This document shows positions 13,280 to 28,055 of a stretch of DNA of 64,000 nt, in pieces; position 1 is the stretch's first letter; each line of letters opens with the position of its first letter. The notes beneath the pieces are model-generated. The model did not search any database and was not told the origin of the DNA. It was given only the letters and a program-made list of their open reading frames with translations. The position numbers were made by a program, and so were the translations under genes. Origin of the DNA: Octopus vulgaris (lineage: Eukaryota); the NCBI GenBank assembly GCA_951406725.2, contig OX597815.1, forward strand, positions 43,400,001 through 43,464,000. Direction: 5' to 3'.

Positions 13280-13685
13280 CTTTTAGTTTTTAATTGTTTC
13301 AGTCATGCCGCTACGATGGGACACCATCTTGAAGAGTTTAGTGGAACAAATCGATCCCAGTAGTATTTTCTTCTTCATTTTTAGTCAAGTACTTTTCTTA
13401 TCCGTCCTTTTGCTGTACAGAAACGTAAACAAACCAGCATTGGTTGTCAAGTGCTATATATATATATGTGTGTGTGTGTGTGTGCGCGCGTACATATATA
13501 TGTGTGTGTACATATATATACAAAGGGCTTCTTTCAGTTTCCGTCTACCAAATCTACTCAAAAGATTTTGGTCGACCTGTGGCTATAGTAGAAGACACTT
13601 GCCCAAGATACTACGCAATGGAACTGAACCTGAAACCGTTTAGTTGGGAAGCAATCTTCTTACCACACTGCTACACCTGCGCATC
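13280..13685 (-). mobile_element. SINE family A, diverged
   Basis: Collinear similarity to the 53819-54237 copy. Confidence 0.8.
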
Positions 13686-14596
13686 ATAAACTCCTGTTTC
13701 ATTTCCGCTCCTCTAAACACTGAGATCAGTTGATTAATTGATATATTTTTGCTGTTGTTGTTGCTGTAGTTTTCTATTTTAGGAAAGAAATTACTTAGAT
13801 TTTCCACTACATTGAAACCATCACCCGTCAAGTGTGCCGTAAAACTAATTTTACAATCTTAATTAAGAAACGTTTATTTCTATTGTGACTATCGTTTTTG
13901 TCCATGTGCCAGAATAAAAATGCATTATTGTTGTTATCATAAATATCTTAATTTATTTCAATAAAGCATTCTTGTGTCTATCATAAAAATAGTTCGTACG
14001 GGCACAGTAGACTAAGTTTTAAAGGCACGAGAGTCTATTAACGACATAAAAGATCTAATATTTAATTGCCTGTTGTCTTATTGAGAATTATTTAATGGAA
14101 CGATGAAAAATTCAGAATTTTCAATGGTGACTGAAACCGCTCAACATCTGGGTAGCAGGACTTCTACATCCTGCCACCTCTTATCCTGCTATATATATCG
14201 TTATCGTTATAATCACTGTCGCATCTTTAAAACTTATTGTAGCAGTTATAATTGAAGTTAAGTTCATAATACTGGCTGAACGCTATGATTTAAAAAAAAT
14301 TTTTTTCTGTTCTTGGTTTTTACATGTGTTTTTGTTATGGCAGTAGTTATTGTTGTATTGAGTGCTTTTAATCTAGATATATTTTCTGTCGCCATAAGAA
14401 CAAAAATCAAAGTTCAGTTTTAAAGAAAATCTGTTCTTCACATATATGGTAATATATATATATATATATAGTAAAGGAGAAAAAAAATTAAAATAAGCAA
14501 TTTAGAACCGAAATAACAATGTGAATGTCCTTTGTGTATACTGTATTAACCTCTTTCTCTTCCTCTCCTTGCTTGTCTGCCTGTCTGTCTTCTCTT

Positions 14597-14646
<50 letters not shown>

Positions 14647-14769
14647 AAACACACGCAGGCAAGGACACATCAATACAAATACACATATATGAATGGCTAT
14701 CATGTATGTGTGTTCATATGTGTGCGTGCATGCGCGTGTATATTCATACATATACACTTATACATACAA

Positions 14770-14825
<56 letters not shown>

Positions 14826-14874
14826 GTATATATATGCATATATTTACACATATACATGTATATATATTATATTT

Positions 14875-14911
<37 letters not shown>

Positions 14912-15033
14912 CAACACACAACACACACACACACACACACACATCAGCCGAAATTCAAGATGATCTGGTTCTTGACTGATGACGAGACAGTCTGTGTTCT
15001 TCAAATGTTTCACGTTCTTGTCCCAGTTTGTGT

Positions 15034-15081
<48 letters not shown>

Positions 15082-15114
15082 GTGTGTGTGTGTGTGTGTA
15101 TGCGCGTGTGTGTG

Positions 15115-15407
15115 TGGACGCGCAATGGCCCAGTGGTTAGGGCAGCGGACTCGCGGTTGTTGGATTACGGTTTAGATTCCCAGATCGAGTGTTGTGAATG
15201 TTTATTGAGCGAAAACACCTAAAGCTCCACGAGGCTCTTTCGCCACGTACTCTTTCGCCACGACTTTCTCTCAATCTTTCTTCTGTTGGCCTGCTCGCTT
15301 AGCCAGATGGGTGGCGTCATTTGAAGGTTAAAACAATGCGAAGCGCATTGTGACCAGCGATGTGTAGCAACATCTGATGGTCTGGTCGGTAACGGTGATC
15401 ACGGTGA
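15115..15407 (+). mobile_element. tRNA-derived SINE family C head with an alternative 3' tail
   Basis: GCGCAATGGCCCAGTGGTTAGGGCAGCGGACTCGCGG head as at 51057. The tail (GGCCTGCTCGCTTAGCCAG...GGTGATCACGGTGAT) differs. Confidence 0.8.
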
Positions 15408-15459
15408 TATATATATATAAGAGATATGTATAGCATATCGTATATATAATACATGTAAT

Positions 15460-15726
15460 CTTTTATCTTTTGTTTGAATCATTAGACTGCAGCCATGCTA
15501 AGGCACCGCCTCGAAGAAGTTTTTAGTCCAATGAATCGACCCTAGTACTCTTTTAAAGCCAGGTATTTTTCTATGATCTCTTTGGCCGAATTGCTAACTT
15601 ACGGGGACGTGAACACACCAACACCGGTTGTTAAGAGGTGATGGAGGACAAAGGCACACACACACACATGCACACACACTCACACACACACATACACACA
15701 CACACACACACACTCTCTCACTCACA

Positions 15727-15774
<48 letters not shown>

Positions 15775-16250
15775 TACACACGACAAGTTTCTCTCAGTTT
15801 ACGTCTTTTGTAGAAGACAGATTTCCGAGGATTTAGTTGAAGACAGATTTCTCTCTCATCAAATCTTACCGTCTGTTACAGATGCAAGCGATGCTGTCTA
15901 GTAAGAAGTTTGCTTTCCAACCAAATATTTTCGAGGTCAGTTCCACTGTGCAGCACTTGGGCGTCTTCAACTATAGTCCCGGATGACTGGCATTAGTAGA
16001 TGGAAACTGAAAGAATCCCGTTGGATATATGCATATGTCTATTTATGTTCATTTTTCTGTTAGTGTTTGTCCTACCACCATCGCTTGACAATCGGTGTTG
16101 GAAAGTTTACGTCCTCGTAACTTAGAGACCGATAAAATAATTACCAAGGTTTTGAATATAATACTGCCCTTAGTTTATTTGATGAAGCCCTACACGGCGT
16201 TGCCCCAGAATGGGCGCAGTCCAATGACTCAAACATGCCAAAGTTGAAAT
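15460..16250. mobile_element. Two diverged family A SINEs in opposite orientation
   Basis: Minus copy at about 15460-15810 and plus copy at about 15895-16250. Confidence 0.65.
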
Positions 16251-17394
16251 ATAATGTCTACACTGAGAGCTACCGCAATGGGATACACGTTAGAGTAAGT
16301 GACAGTCATTTCTGTGTAGACGTATTTGTGAACATGAAAGCGTACTTGACTACAGGAATTTGACGATATCTAGCAACTGAACGGAGAAGAGTATTCAACC
16401 AGAAAACGGAAGAGGCCATCTTGTTTACGTTTCTCGTCTACTTGTACAATTTCTTCCACTGAAAATGCTTTCCTGTTTCCATAGGTGCGTTATGTTTACA
16501 GACTGACCAAGCCTTAAGACCACACAAGATGTTGACTTGGATTTCATGATATTATTTGTTGCAGAGAAGCATATGGATTTTGAGTAAATACTATATACAT
16601 ATATATATATATATATGTATGCACACAAACACACACACACACGCATATATATATATATATATATTTGTATGTATGCATGTATGTGTGTATATATGTGTAT
16701 GTATGAGTGCGCGTGTGTGTGTGTGTGGTTATACGTATAGAAATATCTGTGTATATATACGTACATATAAATATATAAAAATATTCACACATATATACAT
16801 ATAGGTGTATATGTATACACACACACATATATATACACACACACACATATATATCTACCAGTATATATATTTATCTATACACATACATACATGCACACAC
16901 ACATATGTATATGCATTATATGCATGTGTATATATGTATGTATGCATGCATGTATGTATGTATGTATGTATGTATGTATGTATGTATGCATGCATGTATG
17001 TATGTATGTATGTATGTATGTATCAACTATGTCAAAGTTAATATAAGAATATCTCAGTGGCAACAAGGAAATATTGATTGTTATTAGACAGTTTTTCGTC
17101 CAGATTACTTGTCGCTTTAAGTTCTAAACATTTGTAGAAGGAGCTTTTGCTTCCTACTTAAATAAACTCAATTAATCGAACATTACCAACTCATCACATA
17201 CCATAACAGTTGAGACAAACTACTGGGGTTTGTAATGTGTTTGTAAAATCTTCCCTGAGACATTTTTTCCTGTTATGTTGTAGATATAATTTAGTTGCAG
17301 AAATACAGAATTGAATGCTACCATTTTACTTGTAGGCATGATAGTGTTGTTTAGAAGATGGTTTTGCAACAGTGGGACTGAACTTACGTCCAGT

Positions 17395-18205
<811 letters not shown>

Positions 18206-18801
18206 ACACCCTAACTTTTGAAATTCAGCCAACAAAACTCTAATTTTAGTCTATTTTTTATTTTAGGGACCAGACATCACTCTTTTTCTGTTAATTGTGT
18301 ATAATGATCGATGCAACATAAAGTTTATATAGGCAACGAAGAAATAAAATATCTTATTCTTTCTTTTGATCTCTGTAAAACTTGACACCATAACATAAAA
18401 AAAGGGAAATCTCCAACGGTTTATAGGCTGACAGAAAAAAAAAATCCTCTCACAACAAAGAGGTTCAAATGTATCCATACCATATGTTGGTGGTAGAAGC
18501 TGATGTAACGAAGCCGTTTGGCATGTAACATGATTCGAAATAGATGGTCTTTCATGTATGATAGTTCAGTTTTCAAACCATTGAATACTTTCTTACTTTC
18601 ACTATTGTTGTGTACGCGCGCGCGCGCACGTACATATGTAGCTACACATACACAAACACACACATGCACGCACACAAATATACAGATTTATTTATATACA
18701 AAACAAACAAAATTACTTATCTGATTGTACATGTGGTTATGCATAGAAATGCATTGATGCATGTATGTATATATGTATGTTTGGATCTCTCTCACTCTCG
18801 C

Positions 18802-18893
<92 letters not shown>

Positions 18894-18983
18894 GCTACAT
18901 CAATTGTTCAACAGAACAAAAGCACAACACACTTTTTCATGCACTCTTTCTCTTTCTCTCAACATATACACCCATTAACATAC

Positions 18984-19048
<65 letters not shown>

Positions 19049-19227
19049 TGTGTGTGTATGTATATTTATATACGTGTACACGTATATACATACATATATA
19101 CTCACACACACGTATATAACTTTGAACCACTTTATGCACAGAGATATGTATTTGTTTTTGCTTATGTATAATTCATGTGTGTGTCTACACGCACGCGTAT
19201 GTGATGTGTGTGTGTATACATGCATGC

Positions 19228-19260
<33 letters not shown>

Positions 19261-19802
19261 CATACATATCTTTGGGCTTTTGAGTATGCACATCTATTCA
19301 TATATACTTATGGCTGTGTGTGTGTGTGTGAGTGTGTATGTGTGTGTTTGAGTGTACTTTTCGTTGTGGATTGTGTGTGTGTGTGTGTGGACATATATGT
19401 ATTTAATCAGCTGCCACGTCATCATGGTACACAAGTCACGCTTTTTGTTTGTTTTGTAGTTTATCTTTTTTTTTGTTTGTTTAAATACCAAAAAGAAATA
19501 AATAAATAAAACCTTTGGTATCCTCACGTACTTCTACGCGGTCGCTCTATGGTATAATCATAAATAGGGAAAACCGCATATCGTTAGCTCTATCGGTTCC
19601 ACCACTAACACTACGAGCAGCAGCGGCAGCGGCAGCAGCACCACCACTACCAGCAACAACAACAACAACAACACTGCTGCCATAATAACCGACAACGATC
19701 GTAGTATGCTCAGAAATACTATTAAGATTGTTGTTGGAAGAAAAATCAATTGAAATCTAAGCTGAACTCTTATTGAACATTTTCTTATCTAATTATATCT
19801 TA

Positions 19803-20196
19803 CTAGCAGTATCGCCCGGCGTTGCTCGGGTTTGTAAGGGAAATAACTATAAAGCATTTTTAGAGAGTTATAGCCAAAAAATAGCAAAAAATGCATTAAA
19901 AATGGAAAAAAAATCATGGTAAATTTTTTAAAAAATCGTTGACTCATCGTAGACATTTTTAGAGAGTTACTTTCCTTATATTTAAAAAAATATGCATTAA
20001 AATGGAAAAAAATGATGGTAAATTATTTTTTAAATTGTAGACTCATCGTAGACGCGCGCTAATACCCAGAAGGGCTTGATATGAATCACGACTATAAGAT
20101 ACCCGGTTTTGGTTAAACTGCACCGCAAAATGTGGGAGTAGTTAGGAATCTAAATCGGAGTAGACAGACACACAACCTTTCTTTTATATATAAAGA
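19803..20196 (-). mobile_element. Non-autonomous Helitron
   Basis: Minus strand begins A|TCTTTATATATAAAAG and ends CCCGAGCAACGCCGGG (hairpin) CGATACTG CTAG|T. It is inserted in an AT dinucleotide with no TSD and carries internal tandem duplications. Confidence 0.85.
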
Positions 20197-20469
20197 TATA
20201 TTTTATCTTTTACTTGTTTGTTGCCGTCATTGGATTGCGGACATGCTAGAGCACTGCCTTGAAGGGTTTGGTCGAAAAAATCGATTTCAGCATTTATTTT
20301 TTCCTTTTTAAAGTTCGGTACTTTTATCTCTCTTTTGTTGAACCGCTAAGTCACGGGAGAGTAAACAAGCCAACAAGCGTTTCGGGATGCGGTACACACA
20401 CAAACTTAATCGAAGTCGACTTTACCTTTCTTACTTCTGCGGTCAAAACACCAGCCTCGTCTTTATTCA

Positions 20470-21373
20470 AAATCGTTTAAAGACACAGGTACATTGGGCC
20501 TAACGGTCCAATTCTGTTCTATATAAGCTGCTGTCTGCTGTCAATAAATGAATGGTTTAGGGTCAATTGCTCGCTGTCTAAAGTAATGGTATACTGGGTA
20601 GTTGTCCAGGGACTCCACGGACCTAGATGCTTAATTAAGGCCTATCTCCGTTGTGGGTTGCTGTCAATAAATAAGTACATTGATTTGCCTGGGCCCTCAC
20701 TGGTCTGGGAGCCCAATTCTAACCTATGTATGCTATAGCTTGCTATGAATAAATTAAACATAGATGCTTAGTGCATTGATTTGCTCGGATCATCATGGGA
20801 AGAACTCTGTTCTGATCTATGTATGCTGTAGCTTGATGTGAATAAATATATATATTTAGCGCACGTTTGCGCACCGGGCGGAATGCTTAGCGGTATTTCG
20901 TCTGCCGTTACGTTATGAGTTCAAATTCCGCCGAGGTCGAATTTGCCTTTTATCCTTTCGGGGTCGATAAATTAAGTACCAGTTACGCACTGGGGTCGAT
21001 GTAATCGACTTAATACCTATGTCTGTCCTTGTTTGTCCCCTCTGTGTTTAGCCCCTTGTGGGTAATAAAGAAATAGGTATTTCGTCTGTCGTTACGTTCT
21101 GAGTTCAAATTCCGCCGAGGTCGACTTTGCCTTTCATCCTTTCGGGGGTCGATAAATAAAAGTACCAGTTTCGCACTGGGGTCGATGTAATCGACTTAAT
21201 CCGTTTGTTTGTCCTTGTTCGTCCTCTCTATGCTTAGCCCCTTGTGGATAGTAAAGAAATATATATAGGGTCTAGAGCATTGGTTTCCCTAGGTGCCTGC
21301 AATGTTGCTAAAACGGTCCAAGCCCAACGCATTGATTTATCCAGGGGCCCACAATGCTTCTAAAACGGCCCTG
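20470..21373. mobile_element. hAT-like non-autonomous DNA transposon remnant with subterminal repeats, interrupted by a SINE
   Basis: Right end CCAGGGGCCCACAATGCTTCTAAAACGGCCCTG (CAGGGCCG-type TIR) and repeated CATTGATTTGC / CTGTCAATAAAT units. The left end is unclear. Confidence 0.5.
20865..21262 (+). mobile_element. SINE family B, tandem dimer
   Basis: An approximately 180-bp unit GGTATTTCGTCTG...TAAAGAAATA is repeated twice. Confidence 0.9.
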
Positions 21374-21973
21374 CATTTATTGATTTAATCAATAAATACC
21401 AGACTACACCTTTCTCATCCCTCAGTTGCACATTGCGCATAGCAGCCATTCTTCAAGTCGTTTACACTTATTCTGTTATGTTTAATCGACACTTAAGTCT
21501 TTCCGTTTTCAATTCACTTAAGAGTTATGACAAACGATAAACTCTCTAATGACGCATTATTTTGACGTCACCGCAACTGATACTTTGAAAATGTCTCCCC
21601 CACCCTCTCTCTCTCTCCTTCACTATCTCGTTTGTTAATTATACGCATTAATCCCGCCACCTCAGTCGCACCTCTTATTATTTTTCTACTCCTTATCATT
21701 AATCCACTGTCTCTTTTTGGTTATTGTTTCTTAGGTATTAGTTTTACTATTTCTCTGAATAGCTTTCTTTCTCTCTCTCTCTCTCTCTCATTCTTTCACT
21801 CTCTGTTTCTCTCCAAGTTCATCTCTTTTCATCGCTCTTTCTCCCTCCCTGCCTCCATGACTCTCACCCTTTCCTTTTCTTTGTTTTTCCCTCTTTACTT
21901 TCTCATTCAATTGAATAAATTACTCTTGTTAAATTTTCACCATATTTCATTCTTACCTTATTCAAGTCGTTTC

Positions 21974-22020
<47 letters not shown>

Positions 22021-22679
22021 GTCTGTCTGTCTGTCTGTCTGGCTGGCTGGCTATCTGTCTGTCTCTCTGTCTCTCTGTCTGTTTGTCTCTCTCTTTCTCT
22101 ATCTCTCTCTTTCTCTCCCATCTTTCCCATCTTGCTCTCATGTTTTCCGTTTCTTTGTCATCACTTAACCTTAACACTTCACTCCTCAGTGTATTCATCA
22201 TTATAAATGACACTACAGTTCTCTCTTCTTCACTCGCTCTTTAGTATCATTTATTTCAAATAAAAACTCTTTAGTACAAAATACATATTACTTTCTTACT
22301 TTCTATTTATCTCCCTCATTCTGATACACACTTTCTCTCCACCTTATTATCTCTTTTTCTCTCCTTATCTCTCTTTCTCTCTCCTTACCTTCTTTCCTTC
22401 TCTTCTTTATTTGATTGCCGTAACCATAACCTTGAAGGCGACACCGTGAGAAATAAAGACTTGGGTGATTCTCCTTCGAAATGTTTCCCTAATCGACAAA
22501 CTCAGCACTGCATTAACAACTTAAGTTTTATACATTTACCATATATATTTATAAATACTTAGCATTATTTAAAACAAACTGAACACATTCTAATGGACAT
22601 ACAAATAAATACTCTTGACACGTGCACGCAATTATATGTGTATGTGTGTACCGTTTTGAAATTTCTATACATATGGAAT

Positions 22680-22942
22680 GGAAGCACTCCGTCGGTTACG
22701 ACGACGAGGGTTCCGGTTGATCCGATCAACGGAACAGCCTGCTCGTGAAATTAACGTGTAAGTGGCTGAGCACTCCACAGACACGTGTACCCTTAACGTA
22801 GTTCTCGGGGATATTCAGCGTGACACAGAGAGTGACAAGGCCGGCCCTTTGAAATACAGGTACAACAGAAACAGGAAGTAAGAGTGAGAGAAAGTTGTGG
22901 TGAAAAAGTACAGCAGGGATCACCACCACCCCCTGCCGGAAT
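22680..22942 (-). mobile_element. SINE family C, 5'-truncated
   Basis: Near-identical to 50673-50935. Confidence 0.9.
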
Positions 22943-23027
22943 TCTATACATATACTAATATGCAAACATGCAAAATTATATGTGTATACGTGTGTTTCGT
23001 GTGTGTCACTATATACACACACCAACA

Positions 23028-23109
<82 letters not shown>

Positions 23110-23224
23110 GACTCGCACATAGGGGCAGCTAAATTCAGAGTCCGAGTAATCTTGCGGAGATCTTTCTCTGCAAAAGACATTTAGAATAATCTACGTTCAC
23201 AACGATTGAAAGATAAGTTTCTTT

Positions 23225-23259
23225 TCTTCTGATGAAGGCATTGCCTCGAAACGTCAGGA
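23225..23259 (+). ncRNA. Minimal type I hammerhead motif
   Basis: UCUU-CUGAUGA-AGGC AUU GCCU C-GAAA-CG-UC^AGGA, with a palindromic ACGU stem III. Confidence 0.6.
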
Positions 23260-23339
23260 TTCTTATTTTCACAAGTTCAAGTTTGCAAACTTTCTTCTCT
23301 GTACATACATATACATGCTTACATATATACGTAGATGAT

Positions 23340-23510
23340 GGTTGGTGAGGCTGTGTGGTAAGACGCTTGCTTCCCAACCACATGGTTCGGTGTTCAGTCT
23401 CACTGCGTAGCACCTTGGCCAAATGTCTTCTAGTACAGCCTCACGTCGACTAGAGGCTTGTGAGTGGATTTGGTAGACGGAAACTGAAAGGATCCCGTCG
23501 TATATATATG
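23340..23510 (+). mobile_element. SINE family A 5' half
   Basis: GGCTGTGTGGTAAGACGCTTGCTTCCCAACCACATGGTTC...GGATTTGGTAGACGGAAACTGAAAG. Confidence 0.85.
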
Positions 23511-23673
23511 CATATATAGGTACAGGACGTCACCAACGGTATAAACAACATGAAATATGAAAGCAAACGAGTTAAATACGCAAACAACGAGAGTAAAAAT
23601 GGAGAACAGGACAAGCACAGAGAACGACCCTTCATCAGCTGTCGGCTGTTTATCTATTCCTTATTTCGAGCAT

Positions 23674-23835
23674 TGAGCAAAACACTTCATTTCACGTTGC
23701 TCCAGTCCACTCAGTTGGCAAAAATGAGTAACGCTGCGATGGACTGGCGTCCCATCCAGCTGGGGAACACATACGCCATAGAAACCGGGAAACCGTGCCC
23801 ATGAGCCTGGCTAGGCTTTAAAAGGGGTGCATTTA
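23674..23835 (+). mobile_element. SINE family D core with tail shared with the 55449 copy
   Basis: TTGAGCAAAACACTTCATTTCACGTTGCTCCAGTCCACTCAG core, then GAGTAACGCTGCGATGGACTGGCGTCCC...GAGCCTGGCTAGGCT. Confidence 0.75.
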
Positions 23836-23908
23836 TTTTATTATTTACTGTATTACGCCTTTTCTCTCCGTTATCCATGAAGCCATCGCATGTAATATAA
23901 ATATAAAC

Positions 23909-24050
23909 CAGTGGTTCTCAACCATTTTTTGCCAATGGACCCTTTTGGTACCTATTTTACTCTACAGGACCTCCATTGTCATTCGATGTATATAATAAAA
24001 GAAAAACCCTTCTATATTTTTATAATTAAGTACTATTAGGAATCATGAGT
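23909..24050 (+). mobile_element. hAT/Charlie-type transposon end
   Basis: CAGTGGTTCTCAACC terminal motif. I did not find the partner end. Confidence 0.5.
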
Positions 24051-24504
24051 AACAATAACATTGGAAAGAACAATTTGTTTACATATATATATTAGCTATT
24101 ACTTTAGTGCGTGTGTAATTGTTTATATAAATTACAATGTAAGCACACACTTGAAATATATGAAGCATATATCTGTTTGTGTCTGCGTATGTTTCGACTC
24201 ATATATAGTACAGATATATAATTATATGTGAGCAGGTAATGAAGAATTCAGCTGTGCAACGATAAGACTGTAATTAACCTCTAATCGAGACAAATTAAAA
24301 CAGTTATGCACATGGCTAACGGTGAACTGTTTAGTCAGAAACTCCTCACCTATATACCCATAAGCATTAGTTAGTCAGTGGTTGTTGTATTAATAACAGT
24401 TATGACTGATAGTAAACAACGAGGAAATTATTTCATTAGTTATATTTTGGCTTCTTTTCCATTTTTAATCCAGAACATGAGTACATTAAATTACGTAAAT
24501 AAAT

Positions 24505-25040
24505 TAATTCTTTCTACTATAGGCACACAACCTGAAATTTGGGGTGAGGCGACGGACAGTCGATTGCCTTAACCCTTGTACTCAGCTGTTACTTATTTTA
24601 TCAACCCCGAAAGGATGAAAGGCAAAGTTGACCTCTGTGGGATTTCAGCACAGAACGAAAAGTTCCGGAAGAAATGCCGCTAAGCATTTTGTCCCACGTG
24701 CTAAGTAATAAATTCATATCTAAATATCTTAATATGTATTTATTATTTTCAACAAGGGAAAGCTTAAAGAGAATTTTTACTAAGAGGAGATCGGACTACT
24801 AAATTTGAAAAAATGTATTAATACAGAATTAATTTTAATCGTTAATCCTTAACAAACTGTCATGAGAGCATGAAAGCATGTAATAGAGCAGAATCGTTTG
24901 CACGCTGGGTAAAAATACTTAGTGGTATTTCGACTGTCTTCCCGTTCAGAGTTCAAATGCCACAGAGGTCGACTTTGCCTTTCATCCTTACTCCCTCCCC
25001 CAAGATTGTGAGAGCCTTGTGCTAAAATTTGAAATTGATA
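24505..25040. mobile_element. Two diverged family B SINEs in opposite orientation
   Basis: Minus copy at about 24505-24705 and plus copy at about 24885-25040. Confidence 0.7.
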
Positions 25041-27191
25041 TTTGCAATCATGGTGTTCTACCTGCATTAGAAGAGTGTTTACACAATAGAGGTTCATTTA
25101 TTCCATGAGAACAGCTCACTGCATCGAAGGAACTCGAGTATTGTAAGAGATTTTAAACTCGTCTGGTGGTATACTAACCTTTCGTGATCTGAATTTAGAT
25201 TATTTTTTAACAAAGGCGTAGATTAAAGCAGTATTTTATTTAAAGAATAAGAAATCCTGCTGAACTGGATTAACTACGACAATGTAGCAGCATTTTTCTA
25301 ATTAAAAATGGACATTTGTAAAAAGTGGAATTCATGCAGTATATAAAAAAACTTTTAACTTTTAATTTTCATTTAAGAGTATTGTTAAACGAATGTTACT
25401 GACCAGATATGTGTACCAGATATGTGCGCCTTTCGGCCAACAGGGCCAATAGTTCATCTTGAATATGGAAACCTTTAATCCCTAGTCTCAAAACTTAATC
25501 ACAGGGACCCACCATTTATGAGCTGCTTCCCTATTCAGTCTATTTTACCTTTACATCCACATGGAATATTCTTAAGAAATTAGGCAATAACGTTACTCAT
25601 GCTATATGGAATTTTTTTCCTAGTAAAAAGAACTTAATATTTGGTCACGTTTATATGTTTATACACTTTTCTTTTGTTCTGTTTTTCTTCGGTTTTTTGG
25701 TTAATACTTGAAATATAAAAAAATAAATATTAAAAGAAATCTAATACATTATGTACCATCGACAAATTAACATTCCCAAGGAATACCGATGGATTGCTTC
25801 CGAAGATAAGATTCTTCACTTTAATAGGCATACAAATAACTGAGTATCATACATATCTATGATTAATTAGATAAAGTACATACTTTCATTGTGCTAACAG
25901 TGATAAGGTGCCATGTCAAATAACACATTATGAATGATATACACATTACGAGACAAAAGAAAAAAATGCAAAGAAGAGATTCTTGTGGGATATGCCAAGA
26001 CAGCATCCTAGCCTTAATTACAGTTTAGAAAATATTAGCCCAGCGCTACTGACACGGTCAGCTGCGACTCTCTGTTCTAGAGATATCAATCAAATCCTTT
26101 AAACCTAGCAGGAAACATCTTTAGTATTAAAATTATGCCACCCAGCTATTTTTGCTGATAATATTCTCAGACGTTGTGCGACGGCGAGTGATAAAATGAA
26201 TAGTAGTATCTGACAGAATGCCTTCCATTATTTTCCCTCGTTAAATCCCACTAGGATTAGTTTTGTCTTTCATCTACTTCCAGAGTTGATAATATGCGTA
26301 TTAATAATATAATGAAGACTATATCTCCCCCAGAGAAAAACGAATTTCTGCTTTATCAAAATAATATTATCTGACGTGTTTGTAGTGACAGAGAAGAATG
26401 TTCAAATGCTAATTCGAGGTTTCATTCGTTTTATATACAATTTAAGTAGCAATGAAAAGAAATAATTCACACATATGTACAAACATATTCGTACCTATGT
26501 ATAAACTTACATATCGTAGGATACTTATTTTCAGCATGAGTTGAGCTTCCAGAGAATAATTTGGTTTTTCAACCAAATTTAAGAACCAATATAATTTCTC
26601 ATAATGACAATTCTCACATCGCATAATTAAGGTTTTCAATGCTCTCTCCATTAAATGTTAGCACTAACTTAATTATTTATCATGCAGGTGTTATTTTCAA
26701 TGCAAATCTGCTTTTTTTACGTCACCCAATGTACATAAACTTAGTAATTGTTTTGTCACTACCTCGGAATGTATTATAAAGCCTATACTCTACTGATGAG
26801 ACAATGATAAGAGCGAAAATGTCCATTGTTGTCTCTCATATCTACCGAAGAAATATTTGTCATTCATAATTATTGTTTTATATTTTTTACAACATAATAA
26901 CTTCAGTTAACTTTTTAATGCTTCTTACATGAAATATTCATTATTCATTTTTCGTAGAATTAATTTCAGACAAATTAATTTTGTCTTTATCTTATTTGGA
27001 TGTGATTTTCTACTATAACTTCTGAATTTCAATTTATTATTGATACAATATCTTCAAACAGATGATAAAAAAATTCTTTTTCATCTCGTGTTTCGAACAA
27101 ATGAACTGCTTCGCTAAAATCCTTGTACCTGCTTTTCTGTCACAGTAACTATAAACAAATACATACATGCATATGTATATACATGTATGTA

Positions 27192-27271
<80 letters not shown>

Positions 27272-27280
<9 letters not shown>

Positions 27281-27339
27281 GAGGGCATTATTACACATAA
27301 ATGCCGCACGCTAGGAGGGACTTTTAAAGTCATAACTAC

Positions 27340-27387
<48 letters not shown>

Positions 27388-27449
27388 GAGGGCATTATTA
27401 CACATAAATGCCGCACGCTAGGAGGGACTTTTAAAGTCATAACTACCAA

Positions 27450-27450
<1 letters not shown>
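27272..27450. repeat. Exact direct duplication of an approximately 70-bp unit separated by (TA)n
   Basis: TTATATATAGAGGGCATTATTACACATAAATGCCGCACGCTAGGAGGGACTTTTAAAGTCATAACTACCAAA occurs twice. Confidence 0.95.
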
Positions 27451-27523
<73 letters not shown>

Positions 27524-27679
27524 ATGCACGCACACACGCACACACACACACACACACCTTCCACTAACGACGACTAGGGACGAAGTTTGTTACAGCTGTG
27601 TTCTATTGACTGTCCGAATGGCTAAATCTGAACATCTATGTGTACATGTACATATGTAGAGTGATATCAATGGCAGATT

Positions 27680-28055
27680 TATCGTTTATCTTTTGCTTGA
27701 TTCTGTCATTAGACTGCGGCCATGCTGGGGCACCGCCTTGAAGAATATTTAGTCGCTTGATTGAACCACAGTATTTAATTTTTTAAAGCCTACTTCTTAT
27801 TCTATCGATCTCTAAGTTATGGGGTGTAAACACACCAGCACTGGTTGCCAGGTGGTGGGAGGTAGGAACAAACACACACACATATACAGTATATATATAT
27901 ATATATATATAAATATATGGCGGGCTTCTTTCAGTTTCTGTCAATCAACTCCACTCACAAGGTTTTAGTCGGCCCGAGGATATAGTAGAAAATACTTGCC
28001 TAAGGTGCTACGCAGTGAAACTGAAACCTGAGCCATGTAGTTGGGAAGCCACGCG
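27680..28055 (-). mobile_element. SINE family A, diverged
   Basis: GTCATTAGACTGCGGCCATGCTGGGGCACCGCC...CCACTCACAAGG...ACTTGCCTAAGGTGC. Confidence 0.8.

Noticed and set aside
26590-26655. Possible mariner transposase C-terminal trace (SIENL..MRCENC)
   Set aside because: It needs a frameshift, is very short, and I found no TIR.
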